Notes: a model not told the origin generated them from the sequence alone. A stretch of DNA of 64,000 nt from an uncultured cyanobacterium (GCA_903903925.1 CAIVAU010000183.1:69-64068), one strand, 5' to 3'. Positions 19,154 to 29,123 are shown, counted from the stretch's first letter. Made by a program: numbers and translations.

Positions 19154-20839
19154 TCATCTCCGCCGCCACCAAAGAACGCCTGCTGCTGTCAAGCCTACTA
19201 GGGGTAAAACCAATAAAGATGACCAAGCTAAAAGACTCGCTTGCATTGTTGTGAGGTTAATACGACGGTTTTTTGCTTCTTTAGGGCGAATTGAAAGAAG
19301 TTGCTGATCTTGCTGACTCAACCAAGTCACTGAGTTGAAGAACACATCTCCATTGAGTTGTTGTTCCAACAAACCATCGGTGGCAAAATCTGAATTTCCT
19401 AAAACTACCATCCGTGATTCAGTGGGGGGGAGGAGAGTGTGGGGAGAGGGGGGAGAGGGGGGTGGGGTGGGAAGGGTTGCAGTTTTTGGTGATCCTGATG
19501 GTTTTGGAGGAGTCGCAGTGCTTGGTAAAGGGTTAGAGTTGAGTGAACGGGGTGTGGGGGTAGCAGCAGTGCTTGGTAAAGGGTTAGAGTTAGCTGGTAG
19601 TTTTCTTTGCAAAGCGACTCCCAAGGTTAGAGGACCTTTGCGATCGCGTCCTTGATGAAACTCCAACTTTTCGCTTTTTTGGTCGCTTTCTGCCCAGCTT
19701 TTAGGATAGGGTTTTGTGATCAGTAGGGGTGTAGCCTGTACATCGGTGACTGGATTAGTGTCTACTGCACGTGCCAGAGGATAAAAAGAAATGCCATTCT
19801 TAAAATCTTTGGTAATTGGATGTTTTCCATATTCTGTCACTACGGGAACCGCAGGACCATATTCCTCGATGCCAGCGATATCCACGACCAAACGATTATC
19901 CAGCGTTACACCCCAATCAGCAAGCAAACTCTCAAGTTTAGGATCGGTGTTAGGATCGATCATCAGTAGTAAGTTACCACCCCGATTCAGATAATCTCGT
20001 AAGGCTGTCACCTCACTGTCAAACAGTGCTCTTTCAGGCCCAGCAACTACCACAACAGCAGCATCTTGGGGGACAGATGACCTTTCCGTCAAATTGAGGG
20101 GTGAGGGCGTGTAATTTTTGTCACCCAATCCCTGAATTGCTTGTGACATTGCATGGTCACCCGCTGCAAGTTGGCGTTCACCGTGACCTTGGAGGAAGTA
20201 AACTTTAGACTGGGCTGAACCTGTAATTTGTTGCAGACGACTAGTTAACTTGACTTCCGAGAGGCGATCGCCATCATTGATAACCTGCACCAATTGTCGT
20301 CTATCTTGAGATTCTAGGTAAACTTCCCCTCGGCTTTTGACACCAAACTTTTGTGCTAGCCCTGGTTTTGCTTGGGGATCGACATACTCAAACTTAAACT
20401 TTGGGCTTTGCTGCTGATAATTTTCTAGCAATCCCCGGTCTAGGGGGTTTTGAGTACCATCAAATACCCACACTTTAACCGGCTGTTTTAAAGAATGCAC
20501 TAATTCCCGTGACTGAGGAGCAAGAGTAAACAACCGAGTTTCTGTTAAGTCCGTCCGCAGGTGGTAGCGAGTCCCTAAGAAGTTGATTAACCCCAAAATC
20601 GCCAACACTGCCAACGTCACAGCCAGGGTACCAGTACCAACTTTTGTGGAACGACGCCCCCACCATTGACTCCTTTTGCCTTCCCAAACAACCCACAACC
20701 CAGCGATCGCACTTCCCACAATGATTAATGCTAACGGGATGTAACCCCAATTTTCTGACACAAACCCAGTCGTTAAGCCCGCAGCAATTAGGAACGGACC
20801 AAGCCAGAACAGATATTTCCAAAGTTTCTTTTTCGTCAT
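19154..20839 (-). CDS. GldG-like auxiliary component of an ABC-type transport system
   Basis: N- and C-terminal TM anchors. GldG-like regions (YLNRGGNLLLMIDP, VVLGNSDFATDG). Internal Pro-rich linker with a 17-aa duplication. Confidence 0.7.
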   Translation of the reverse strand: MTKKKLWKYLFWLGPFLIAAGLTTGFVSENWGYIPLALIIVGSAIAGLWVVWEGKRSQWWGRRSTKVGTGTLAVTLAVLAILGLINFLGTRYHLRTDLTETRLFTLAPQSRELVHSLKQPVKVWVFDGTQNPLDRGLLENYQQQSPKFKFEYVDPQAKPGLAQKFGVKSRGEVYLESQDRRQLVQVINDGDRLSEVKLTSRLQQITGSAQSKVYFLQGHGERQLAAGDHAMSQAIQGLGDKNYTPSPLNLTERSSVPQDAAVVVVAGPERALFDSEVTALRDYLNRGGNLLLMIDPNTDPKLESLLADWGVTLDNRLVVDIAGIEEYGPAVPVVTEYGKHPITKDFKNGISFYPLARAVDTNPVTDVQATPLLITKPYPKSWAESDQKSEKLEFHQGRDRKGPLTLGVALQRKLPANSNPLPSTAATPTPRSLNSNPLPSTATPPKPSGSPKTATLPTPPPSPPSPHTLLPPTESRMVVLGNSDFATDGLLEQQLNGDVFFNSVTWLSQQDQQLLSIRPKEAKNRRINLTTMQASLLAWSSLLVLPLVGLTAAGVLWWRRR

Positions 20840-21357
20840 TTGTCAAGAGTCAATGGTCAATGGTCAATAGTCCATTATGAAGCATACCGTTATCGCGAAT
20901 ATAGAAGATGAGGGAATGAAGCTGTGGAGAGGGTTTTTCGCCCCGAGTCCCTTCTATAAAGCCAATTTCTACCCTACCTAATATCGCTCGAAAACGCCAT
21001 ATAAATCCCGATGAAGAGCAAGAGGCTTTGGATACTCTGAATGATCTTAAACAACTTGTTACCGAAATAGGGGAAGATATTTACGGAAGTTTTAAGCAAG
21101 AAGCTTTAAATCGTATCTGTGATGGAGACGCCCTTTAGATTACCTATCTAATTAACCGCAGAGGCGCAGAGGACACAGAGATCTGAGTTAGAGAGATAAT
21201 GGTAATTTTTGACCGGGAAGGGAGTAAGATAACCTGCTTGTGTATAATTTCGCCGTAAATTTTCAATGTCCATGAGCAATATTATAGGAATCCGGATATT
21301 TTAATTATAGGGAACCCCAAGCACTCCCCACTCCCTGCTCCCTCTTAATTTCTCCTT

Positions 21358-21975
21358 TTAAAATTTGGTGAGGATATACAGCAAAATAAACAAGATAATC
21401 CAGATCACATCGACAAAATGCCAGTAAATTTCTGCCATTTCCACACCAGTGTGTTGATGAGAAGAATAGTGACCGGAAAGACGCGATCGGCAAACCACCC
21501 CCAGTATCAATAAAAGTCCCACAAAAACGTGCAACCCGTGGAAGCCTGTCATCAGGTAAAAGCAATTAGAAAACACATTGGTCGCTAGTCCATAACCCAA
21601 AGTCAGGTACTCATAAATTTGACCTGCCAAGAACACAGCCCCCATGATGGCAGTGATAACATAACAAACACGCAATCCTTTAACATCGTTCTTTTTAATC
21701 GCAGTGTCACCCCAATGAATCACAAAGCTACTAGAGACCAGAATCATTGTATTAATTGCAGGTACAAATAACTCAACTTCCGTCCCTTCCGGAGGCCATT
21801 CTGTAGCCGATCCCTTCAAAACTAAGTAAGTCACAAATAAAGTACCAAACATCAGTGATTCTGAGATGAGGAATGTCAGCAACCCCCATACCCGTAAATC
21901 AGGATGTTCTTCATGATGGGTAACAGATATTGGTATTTCAGCAACTTGAGATGTATCAATGGTTGAACTTTCCAT
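21358..21975 (-). CDS. ctaE: cytochrome c oxidase subunit III
   Basis: 205 aa, multi-TM, with FYLMTGFHGLHVFVG and YWHFVDVIW. Confidence 0.92.
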   Translation of the reverse strand: MESSTIDTSQVAEIPISVTHHEEHPDLRVWGLLTFLISESLMFGTLFVTYLVLKGSATEWPPEGTEVELFVPAINTMILVSSSFVIHWGDTAIKKNDVKGLRVCYVITAIMGAVFLAGQIYEYLTLGYGLATNVFSNCFYLMTGFHGLHVFVGLLLILGVVCRSRLSGHYSSHQHTGVEMAEIYWHFVDVIWIILFILLYILTKF

Positions 21976-21981
21976 AGATTT

Positions 21982-23622
21982 TTATACATGTTGGTGAGTG
22001 GAGTTTTTGCCGTAGTCGTAGGGCCCGTAAGTCACAACAGGCGATACTTCCCAGTTTTCAATTAAGGGTGGGGAAGAGGTTCTCCATTCCAGGGTTAAGG
22101 CATTCCAGGGGTTATCTCCTGCGGGAGTACCGCGCATCCAACTCCAAATGATGTTGATAGCGAAAGGAATGACTGAAATACCTAAGACAAATGCGCCAAT
22201 GGTACAGAGTTGGTTAATGCTTGTAAATTGTGGGTCATACATCGCAACTCTGCGTGGCATTCCTTGCAAACCCAGTTGATGCATGGGTAAGAAGGTGAGA
22301 TGAGTCCCGATGAAAGTTAGGATGAAGTGAATTTTGCCTAAAGTCTCATTCATCATCCGTCCCGTCATCTTGGGGAACCAGTGGTAAATGCCTGCATAGA
22401 TACCAAAGACGGAACCACCGAACAGGACGTAATGAAAGTGACCGACGACATAGTAAGTGTCATGGACGTGAATATCAAAGGGTGCAGTGCCTAACGTTAC
22501 GCCACTTATTCCACCAAACACAAACATGGATAACAGTCCAAGTGCAAACAGCATGGCACTGGTGAAGCGAATTTTACCACCCCAAAGCGTTGCCACCCAG
22601 CTAAAAATTTTGACTCCTGTCGGAACTGCAACAAATAAGGTGGAGACAGTGAAAAACAAACGCATCCAGCCTGGTGTACCACTGGTGAACATATGGTGTA
22701 CCCACACAAATAAACCAACGATACAGATGGTCAAACTGGAGTAGGCGATCGCTTGATAACCAAAAATCGGTTTACGGGCATGGACAGGGATCACCTCCGA
22801 CATAATACCGAAGACTGGCAGAATCATTAAATACACTGCCGGATGAGAGTAAAACCAGAACAGATGTTGGTAAAGTACCACATTCCCGCCTGCATCTGGC
22901 TTGTAAAAAGAAGTGCCAAAGTTAATATCGAAGAGTAACAGTACCAAACCAATTGTTAATACTGGTGTCGCAAGTAATGCTAGTAAGGAAGTTGCCACCA
23001 TCGCCCAACAAAACAGGGGTAATTGCGTCCACTTCATACTGGGTACTTTCATTTTCAGGATAGTGACCAGAAAGTTCACCGAACCCAAAATTGAAGAGGT
23101 TCCGACCAAAGCAATAGCGAGAATCCACATTGACTGGGCTGTCGTTGCAGTGATTTCACTCAGAGGAGGATACGCAGTCCAACCAGATTGTGCCCCACCG
23201 AACAGGAAACTTGCCAATATTAACGCACCAGCCGGAGGATTTAACCAGAATGCGATCGCATTCAATCTCGGAAACGCCATATCCCTGGCACCAATCAGCA
23301 ATGGCACCAAAAAATTACCAAATCCACCTATAGCACTTGGCACAACCCATAAAAAAATCATGATTGTGCCGTGGTTAGTCATAAAAGCATTATAAAGACT
23401 AGGATCAAGAAAATCTGAATCGGGTGTTGCCAGTTCTACCCGTATAGCAACCGCCATCAGTCCACCGATGAGATAAAAAACAAAGGCAGTCACCAGATAT
23501 TGAATACCAATGACCTTGTGATCAGTATTGAAAGTAAAATATTCATACCATTTCCACGCTTTGTTGCGCACAATTTTGTCAACAACAATTGTGCTGTCTA
23601 GGGGAATTTCTGTTTGGGTCAT
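21982..23622 (-). CDS. ctaD: cytochrome c oxidase subunit I
   Basis: DHKVIGIQY, GGFGNFLVP, WFYSHPAVY, HHMFT and GHFHYV (heme a/a3-CuB ligands). Confidence 0.97.
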   Translation of the reverse strand: MTQTEIPLDSTIVVDKIVRNKAWKWYEYFTFNTDHKVIGIQYLVTAFVFYLIGGLMAVAIRVELATPDSDFLDPSLYNAFMTNHGTIMIFLWVVPSAIGGFGNFLVPLLIGARDMAFPRLNAIAFWLNPPAGALILASFLFGGAQSGWTAYPPLSEITATTAQSMWILAIALVGTSSILGSVNFLVTILKMKVPSMKWTQLPLFCWAMVATSLLALLATPVLTIGLVLLLFDINFGTSFYKPDAGGNVVLYQHLFWFYSHPAVYLMILPVFGIMSEVIPVHARKPIFGYQAIAYSSLTICIVGLFVWVHHMFTSGTPGWMRLFFTVSTLFVAVPTGVKIFSWVATLWGGKIRFTSAMLFALGLLSMFVFGGISGVTLGTAPFDIHVHDTYYVVGHFHYVLFGGSVFGIYAGIYHWFPKMTGRMMNETLGKIHFILTFIGTHLTFLPMHQLGLQGMPRRVAMYDPQFTSINQLCTIGAFVLGISVIPFAINIIWSWMRGTPAGDNPWNALTLEWRTSSPPLIENWEVSPVVTYGPYDYGKNSTHQHV

Positions 23623-23652
23623 AAGAAGTTGTTGGTTGTTGGTTGTTGATTG

Positions 23653-24528
23653 TTAAGCTGATGGATGCGTGGCAGGGTTTGCAGCAGTGGTGGCACTGTT
23701 TTCCGCTAACCATTGCTTAAACTCTTCCGGTGTATGAACAATCACCTGCGTCCTCATGCTGCCGTGATAAGAACCGCATAGTTCTGCGCAAACTATCGGG
23801 AAAGTACCTGTTTTCGTAGCAACAAACCGTAACGTTGATTTTTCTCCTGGTAGGACATCTTGCTTTAAACGAAACTGAGGTATCCAGAAAGAGTGAATCA
23901 CATCTTGGGCAGCGAGATTAATTTGTACATCCTTGCCAACAGGGATATGTAATTCTCCGGAGATAATCCCACTCTCAGGGTAATTAAAAATCCAAGCATA
24001 CTGCATCGCAGTGACATTAATTACCATTTCCGGGGCTTTGGCTTCCGTTTGGTCTGTTCCTGTTAAACCGTAGGTGGGAGGAGTTTTACGGGTTACAGGA
24101 TTGGCCTTATCCGACATTTGAGCCACGAGAGTCGCGGAATGATGGTGTGCCATTATCGTTCCGCCTACAGAAAAGCCACCCATTCTTTGATACACATCAA
24201 CACTGAGAATACTTAGACCGATGACAATCAGCGCCGGAATTGCCGTCCACAGTATTTCCAAATTCAAGTTGCCCTCAATTGGGACTCCATCAGTTTCATC
24301 CCCAGAACGTTGGCGATACTTGATTGCAAAAAGCAGAATTGCACCTTGGACAATTAAAAAAAGTGCGGTGGCAATTGTCACCATAGTGTTAAAAAAATTA
24401 TCAACCAAGGGTGCTTGTTCAGATGCTTGTACAGGCATCAAACCATGGTTTTGCCCAACCCAGAGGCTAATTAGAGTAATTACGATGCCAGCAATTAGGG
24501 TGAGGAGAGAGGCAGGTACTTGTTTCAT
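23653..24528 (-). CDS. ctaC: cytochrome c oxidase subunit II (CuA site intact)
   Basis: DVIHSFWIPQF and CAELCGSYHGSM (H...CxExCGxxHxxM CuA ligands), plus two N-terminal TM helices. Confidence 0.93.
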   Translation of the reverse strand: MKQVPASLLTLIAGIVITLISLWVGQNHGLMPVQASEQAPLVDNFFNTMVTIATALFLIVQGAILLFAIKYRQRSGDETDGVPIEGNLNLEILWTAIPALIVIGLSILSVDVYQRMGGFSVGGTIMAHHHSATLVAQMSDKANPVTRKTPPTYGLTGTDQTEAKAPEMVINVTAMQYAWIFNYPESGIISGELHIPVGKDVQINLAAQDVIHSFWIPQFRLKQDVLPGEKSTLRFVATKTGTFPIVCAELCGSYHGSMRTQVIVHTPEEFKQWLAENSATTAANPATHPSA

Positions 24529-24559
24529 TTTATACTTTTAATAATGAGAAAAGCTGACC

Positions 24560-25288
24560 CTACTGGTGTATAGTGCCATCAGGCATAATTGCCCCCTGAA
24601 GGTTAGCACCAGTCAAAATAGTCTGGGTGAGGTCAGCTCCTAGTAAATCTGCATTATGCAAATTAACTCCACTTAAGTCGGCATAACTCAGGTCTGCCTC
24701 CCGTAAACTAGCTTCACTCAGGTCTGTTTGATATGAACTATCAGTTAATAGAACGGCTAAACTTGCCCGACACAGTCTAGCTTTATCCAATTTGGCGCAA
24801 CGCAATAAGACTCCATTCATTCTTGCATAGCTCAGATCTGCCTCACTCAAATCACTATATTCCAGATCAGTTTGTTGCTTGGAACTAGGACGTAGATCTG
24901 CCTCAAATAGGATCGCTTGTGAGAGGTTTGCATGACTCAAATTAGCCCCACACAAAAACGCTTTAGTGAGATTTGTTTTCTTGAGTATAGCTCTAATCAA
25001 CTTAGCTCCACTCAAATCTGCTTCCCGCAACTGAGCTTGATACAAATTGACTTCGCTCAAATCTGTACCCCAGAGAATGGTTTCACTCAGATTCGCTTCA
25101 CTGAGATTTGCTTGAAAGAGTATTGCTTGTCCTAATCGTGCTTCCCGCAGGTCACTATTGCTCAAGTTAGCACCGCTAAGATTGACATTCACTAGTTCAG
25201 CTTCTCGCAGATTTACCGCAGATAAGTCTACATCATGAAAATCTCGTTCTGCTGCCGCATATCGACTCAAAAGTTCATCTGCTTTCAT
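24560..25288 (-). CDS. pentapeptide-repeat protein
   Basis: Continuous A(D/N)LxX pentads (ANLSGANLSNSDLREARL...). It ends 31 nt upstream of ctaC. Confidence 0.9.
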   Translation of the reverse strand: MKADELLSRYAAAERDFHDVDLSAVNLREAELVNVNLSGANLSNSDLREARLGQAILFQANLSEANLSETILWGTDLSEVNLYQAQLREADLSGAKLIRAILKKTNLTKAFLCGANLSHANLSQAILFEADLRPSSKQQTDLEYSDLSEADLSYARMNGVLLRCAKLDKARLCRASLAVLLTDSSYQTDLSEASLREADLSYADLSGVNLHNADLLGADLTQTILTGANLQGAIMPDGTIHQ

Positions 25289-25327
25289 AATTTGTTAAGT
25301 TCAGCTATTTGACATCACAATCTGTAA

Positions 25328-25376
25328 GAATACAGGAGTCAGAATACAGGAGTCAGAATACAGGAGTCAGGAGTCA
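25328..25376. repeat. tandem (GAATACAGGAGTCA)x3 plus GGAGTCA
   Basis: Read directly. It is complementary to the heptamer array at 25455-25524. Confidence 0.9.
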
Positions 25377-25454
25377 GAATTGTTAAACCATCGGGAGAGA
25401 ATAGGATGTCGTCAAGAGCCACCAAGACAGACACAAAAAGAAAGATAAATTCTC

Positions 25455-25526
<72 letters not shown>

Positions 25527-25534
25527 CATAAAAC

Positions 25535-26284
25535 TTACTCTGCTGCTACTTCTACCAAAGTACTCTCAGGAGAGTCTTCAGTACTACCCAGTTTATCTTG
25601 GCGCGTAATCAAATCGAAAACATGCTCACCGATCGCTGCTTTGATGTCTCCTTCTAATTCATTTAAAACATTGTGATTGAGATGGAATGCATAGTTTGCC
25701 TCATCCACAATTTTTTGAGCAAAGGCATCATCTATCGGTAGTGAATTCAATGTATCACGGTACTGAGTCTTAAATCCCCTGATTGCCTCGATACTTGGAA
25801 GCTGCTCAAATTCATAGAATTCGGTTCCATGACCTGGTGGTAACTCCATTGCGGAACGGATAATTTTTTTCAAACTTTGACCGCCAGAGAGATCCCCCAT
25901 GTAGCGAACATAAGCATGACCAATCAGCAATGCAGGTTCTGTATTTGCTATCTCACGGATACGAGCAACGTAAGCTTTACCCTCTGAGGAAGGAACAATT
26001 TGATTCTGCCAGTCTTCGCCATAGTAGAAAGCCAAATCTTTCTCTAAATTTACTTTGCGGTTGAGTTCAGGAAAATAAATCGGACCTACTACAGGATCAG
26101 CATGATAGCGCTGAAGTTCTTCTTCCAAAGCACTATACAAGAAATAAAAGTTTGCTATCAGCTTGCGGAATGGCTCTTTTTCTACAATCCCTTTAGGGAA
26201 ACATTTCATAAATGCTGTATTTTCAGCCATTGTATGGGAGTGTTTTGTTCCTTCCCGCAACTTGCTAGCTAAATCACCGCTCAT
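25535..26284 (-). CDS. ho1: heme oxygenase 1
   Basis: LREGTKHSHTMAENTAFMKCF with the proximal His context. 249 aa, typical cyanobacterial HO length. Confidence 0.92.
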   Translation of the reverse strand: MSGDLASKLREGTKHSHTMAENTAFMKCFPKGIVEKEPFRKLIANFYFLYSALEEELQRYHADPVVGPIYFPELNRKVNLEKDLAFYYGEDWQNQIVPSSEGKAYVARIREIANTEPALLIGHAYVRYMGDLSGGQSLKKIIRSAMELPPGHGTEFYEFEQLPSIEAIRGFKTQYRDTLNSLPIDDAFAQKIVDEANYAFHLNHNVLNELEGDIKAAIGEHVFDLITRQDKLGSTEDSPESTLVEVAAE

Positions 26285-26338
26285 AATCTACTCCTTAACT
26301 CTGATCCAAGTTTACTTCTGACTTTTGTAACGGTGGGG

Positions 26339-27220
26339 TTACCCCGCCCCTACTCCTGAATTCTGCTGTGTTGGTAATAGCCTTGAAAAGGTTTGATCGC
26401 TATACTGTTTACAGCAATCTGGTCGTAAAGGATTTTTCGCAGTGTAAACGAAAAACAGAGCTGAACGTTTTTGTTTACGAGGTTTCCCGTGGTGAAAGAT
26501 CGCTTTTGGATCTGCAAAAACGACTGTTCCTGCTGGTCCTGGACATGGTTTCCAGAATGACCTAGGTACGAATTCCTCCATTTCTGCATCATTAATGCCT
26601 ACTTTACCCATAGCCATCCTAGATGCAATCTTAGAGCGAATACGCAAAGCCAGTGGTAGTGAGACCTTAGATTTGGGGATGTATTCAAATGGCCCATTAT
26701 CCTCACTGACATCATCTTGATAAATAATCACCTTAATCATGCGACGATCTTCTGCGTCCAGATGCCATAACTCTGTTGTCACAGGTTCCTCATTCGCAAA
26801 GTCTCGACGTAAATGTACACCTTGGAAGGCAATAGGAAGACCGATGTAATTTTCTACAATGTTCAGTAGGCACTGTTGACTTCCCCATGAATAGAACTCA
26901 GGTAAATCTGTGACGGTAAAAATCTGAGGATAGGCTGGATTTTCAACGCTACCAAACTTTGAAGTGCGATCGCCTCTAGCACATCTGACTACCTCCATCT
27001 TGATCAACTCGTTCTTGGCTGCTTCGATCAGCGTTGGTGTTTTGGTAAGTCCTAAATCTTCGAGAGAGGTCACGAAAACCCCTTCTCTACGAACCGCATC
27101 AACAATTGACTGATCTTGGGCACAGAGCACAGGCAGTTTACTAGCATGCCTGATCAAGTTTATTCTATAAAACAATTCAGATGGAATTCGAGATATATAT
27201 TGAGAAAACTGATTTAACAT
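26339..27220 (-). CDS. hypothetical protein, possibly a PhyH-like Fe(II)/2-oxoglutarate dioxygenase
   Basis: Candidate HxD...H triad (WHLDAED ... IFHHGKPR). The assignment is weak. Confidence 0.35.
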   Translation of the reverse strand: MLNQFSQYISRIPSELFYRINLIRHASKLPVLCAQDQSIVDAVRREGVFVTSLEDLGLTKTPTLIEAAKNELIKMEVVRCARGDRTSKFGSVENPAYPQIFTVTDLPEFYSWGSQQCLLNIVENYIGLPIAFQGVHLRRDFANEEPVTTELWHLDAEDRRMIKVIIYQDDVSEDNGPFEYIPKSKVSLPLALRIRSKIASRMAMGKVGINDAEMEEFVPRSFWKPCPGPAGTVVFADPKAIFHHGKPRKQKRSALFFVYTAKNPLRPDCCKQYSDQTFSRLLPTQQNSGVGAG

Positions 27221-27287
27221 CTGACTATATCAACCTTACGACGTTTAATAGAAATTGGTGTGTACCAGCCATTTCCCTTCGTTCGCC

Positions 27288-27333
27288 TAGTGCGAGCCGG
27301 AAAGCTCGCTTCGTGAGCGAGACGCTCACACTA
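27288..27333 (+). repeat. two-hairpin ('Y') dispersed repeat TAGTGCGAGCCGGAAAGCTCGCTTCGTGAGCGAGACGCTCACACTA
   Basis: Other copies at 31726-31771 (inverted), 36947-36992 and 46516-46561, with a variant at 42089-42141. Confidence 0.85.
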
Positions 27334-27540
27334 CCAACCCATCAAAATGAATTTGACAGTTGTATTCTGGTATCAGAAGTTACTTTTTCTGATTACGGCT
27401 GGTGTGTACTGCCGATGCACCGTCTAGGTTTGGATTCTTAATAGAGAGTATAACTAATTAGTTATTAAATGTCCGAGTGTTTACAATTCTTCATCGCATC
27501 CTTAGACGAGGCGGGGCGGACGCAAGTGCCAGATCACAAA

Positions 27541-27606
27541 AAATCGGGTGTAGGGTATGGGGTGCGGTCGTTTTATCGTTCCCCACACCCTTTACCCTAC
27601 ACCCCG
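27541..27606 (-). terminator. Rho-independent-type terminator of the 497-aa gene
   Basis: On the minus strand: GGGTGTAGGGTAAAGGGTGTGGGG ... CACCCCATACCCTACACCC followed by GATTTTTT. It starts 24 nt after the stop. Confidence 0.6.
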
Positions 27607-27629
27607 TTCTTAGTCAACCCTTTAACCCT

Positions 27630-29123
27630 TTAATCCCGCTTTTTTAGGGGCTTAGGGGCGAAAGATACACCACGCAGCACTTGACCATAGAGAGGGGCAC
27701 GGATGACGCGGAATTTCTCAGAAGCTGCCTGGTCGGCTGTTGTGTAGGAAAGCTTGTCAGTGATGGCAACCACTTTGTTTGGATCTGCTCCTTGATCGCC
27801 ACTGCCGCTGACGGTCGAAGTGACTGCATATAATGTTACGGTGCCGTCAGGATTGACTTTACCCGTAAGATTGCGAAGACCGTCTGTTGCTGGATAGTAA
27901 GTAGCAGGCAAACCGTCTACGCTGTATTTCTGACCAAGATTCAAGCCATTTTGCAGAACGTAGTCCTGTTGCCAGGTACCGTTTACCAAACTCCACTTCT
28001 CAAGACCTGCGGTAGTGCTGGTTGCGGCATCAGCAGCAACACCGTCGCCCTCATCAGCAACATACAGCGTAGTCGCGTTAGCGAACCAGATACCGAAGGG
28101 GTGGTGGACTGTGCTTGCAGTGCCATTCGCGAGGTCAGTGGGGAAGCCAGGTAGGATGGTGATAGGTGCATTGGCGGCGTTGTCAAGGGTTGGTAAGCTA
28201 CCTGCATCGCCGACTTGGTACACGGTATCAATTCCGTTACCGCCACTACCTTTGGTGACATATAAGGTGTTATTGAAAATAGTCTCGCCTCGGAAATTGT
28301 TGTCCTTGGGAGTTTTATCAGCTGGGTAGCCGTACTGAGTAATGTTGAATGATCCTACCTGAACAGTGCCAGGAGTTGACGGATTCGCGTTTTGACCAGG
28401 AATGACAATTTGCACACCCGCTGCCGCTGTGACTTCAGGTGATCCGTTGCCATTCCCAGCATTACCCACGGTCAAGTACAAGCCGTTGGAAGCTAGTATC
28501 GCTGCACGACCATTGTTGCCTGGGTATGCGTTGGTTGTAGTTATTTGGGGAACCAGATAACCAGAACTGTTGATTTTTGCATCATAGTTGATTTGCGCGA
28601 CTTCCCTGTAAGTGGGAGTTGTTGTCACAGGATTGCCCGGTTCGATAATTCCCGGCGTGTTGGAGTTTGACACGTCAAGCTGGTTAATCGGGCTACTGTA
28701 ACCCATGAAAGTCAGCCCTGTGCCATCGGGTGTGAGATTTAACGCCAATTCCGATTTGGACGAAAAGCTGGTGGTAATGAGGCTAGGATCAACATACGCC
28801 GTACCAAGATCCTTACCACATGTCGTAATCTTCTGAAGGAAAATTGGCGAAGTGATACCAAAGCTACTATCGGATGTTGCATTGTTAAAAATGTCTGGAT
28901 AAGTGCCGTTTGCAACCGCTATACCTCCACCCGGAAGTGTCTGACCGACAGTCACGCTACTTTCTGTGCCCGAATAATTACTGCCAGAGACAATCAGGCG
29001 ATCTGCATCAGAGCAATAATGCCTACCGAAACGTTCCTCATCTCTAGCATCAGCTATTTTGACTCTGGGCGAGGAGTATTCAGATATAATTGCTGGAGGC
29101 TGCAAGTATTGGATTGGTATCAT
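27630..29123 (-). CDS. hypothetical Gly/Thr/Asn-rich protein (beta-rich, propeller-like by composition)
   Basis: Long 497-aa ORF with its own terminator. No signal peptide or family recognised. Confidence 0.5.
   Translation of the reverse strand: MIPIQYLQPPAIISEYSSPRVKIADARDEERFGRHYCSDADRLIVSGSNYSGTESSVTVGQTLPGGGIAVANGTYPDIFNNATSDSSFGITSPIFLQKITTCGKDLGTAYVDPSLITTSFSSKSELALNLTPDGTGLTFMGYSSPINQLDVSNSNTPGIIEPGNPVTTTPTYREVAQINYDAKINSSGYLVPQITTTNAYPGNNGRAAILASNGLYLTVGNAGNGNGSPEVTAAAGVQIVIPGQNANPSTPGTVQVGSFNITQYGYPADKTPKDNNFRGETIFNNTLYVTKGSGGNGIDTVYQVGDAGSLPTLDNAANAPITILPGFPTDLANGTASTVHHPFGIWFANATTLYVADEGDGVAADAATSTTAGLEKWSLVNGTWQQDYVLQNGLNLGQKYSVDGLPATYYPATDGLRNLTGKVNPDGTVTLYAVTSTVSGSGDQGADPNKVVAITDKLSYTTADQAASEKFRVIRAPLYGQVLRGVSFAPKPLKKRD

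Noticed and set aside
20877-21138. Possible frameshifted small gene (MKHTVIANIEDEGMKLWRGFFAPSPFYKANFYPT* followed in another frame by ..NIARKRHINPDEEQEALDTLNDLKQLVTEIGEDIYGSFKQEALNRICDGDAL*).
   Set aside because: I recognise no family, both pieces are short, and the junction is speculative. It would need a homology search before being called a pseudogene.
22913-23395. 160-aa ORF antisense to ctaD. Similar antisense ORFs lie in ftsH (2788-3135), alaS (6553-6825), the GldG-like gene (19335-19655) and the GT genes (53660-54100).
   Set aside because: All are nested opposite strongly supported genes and carry no motifs. The one in the GldG-like gene is the Gly-rich mirror of a Pro-rich linker.
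27181-27441. 86-aa ORF, and the first 41 codons of track ORF 31027-31776.
   Set aside because: Both contain the identical peptide SASRKARFVSETLTLPT, which is the Y repeat read in frame. They are repeat artefacts, so the start of the 31027 gene was moved to 31653.
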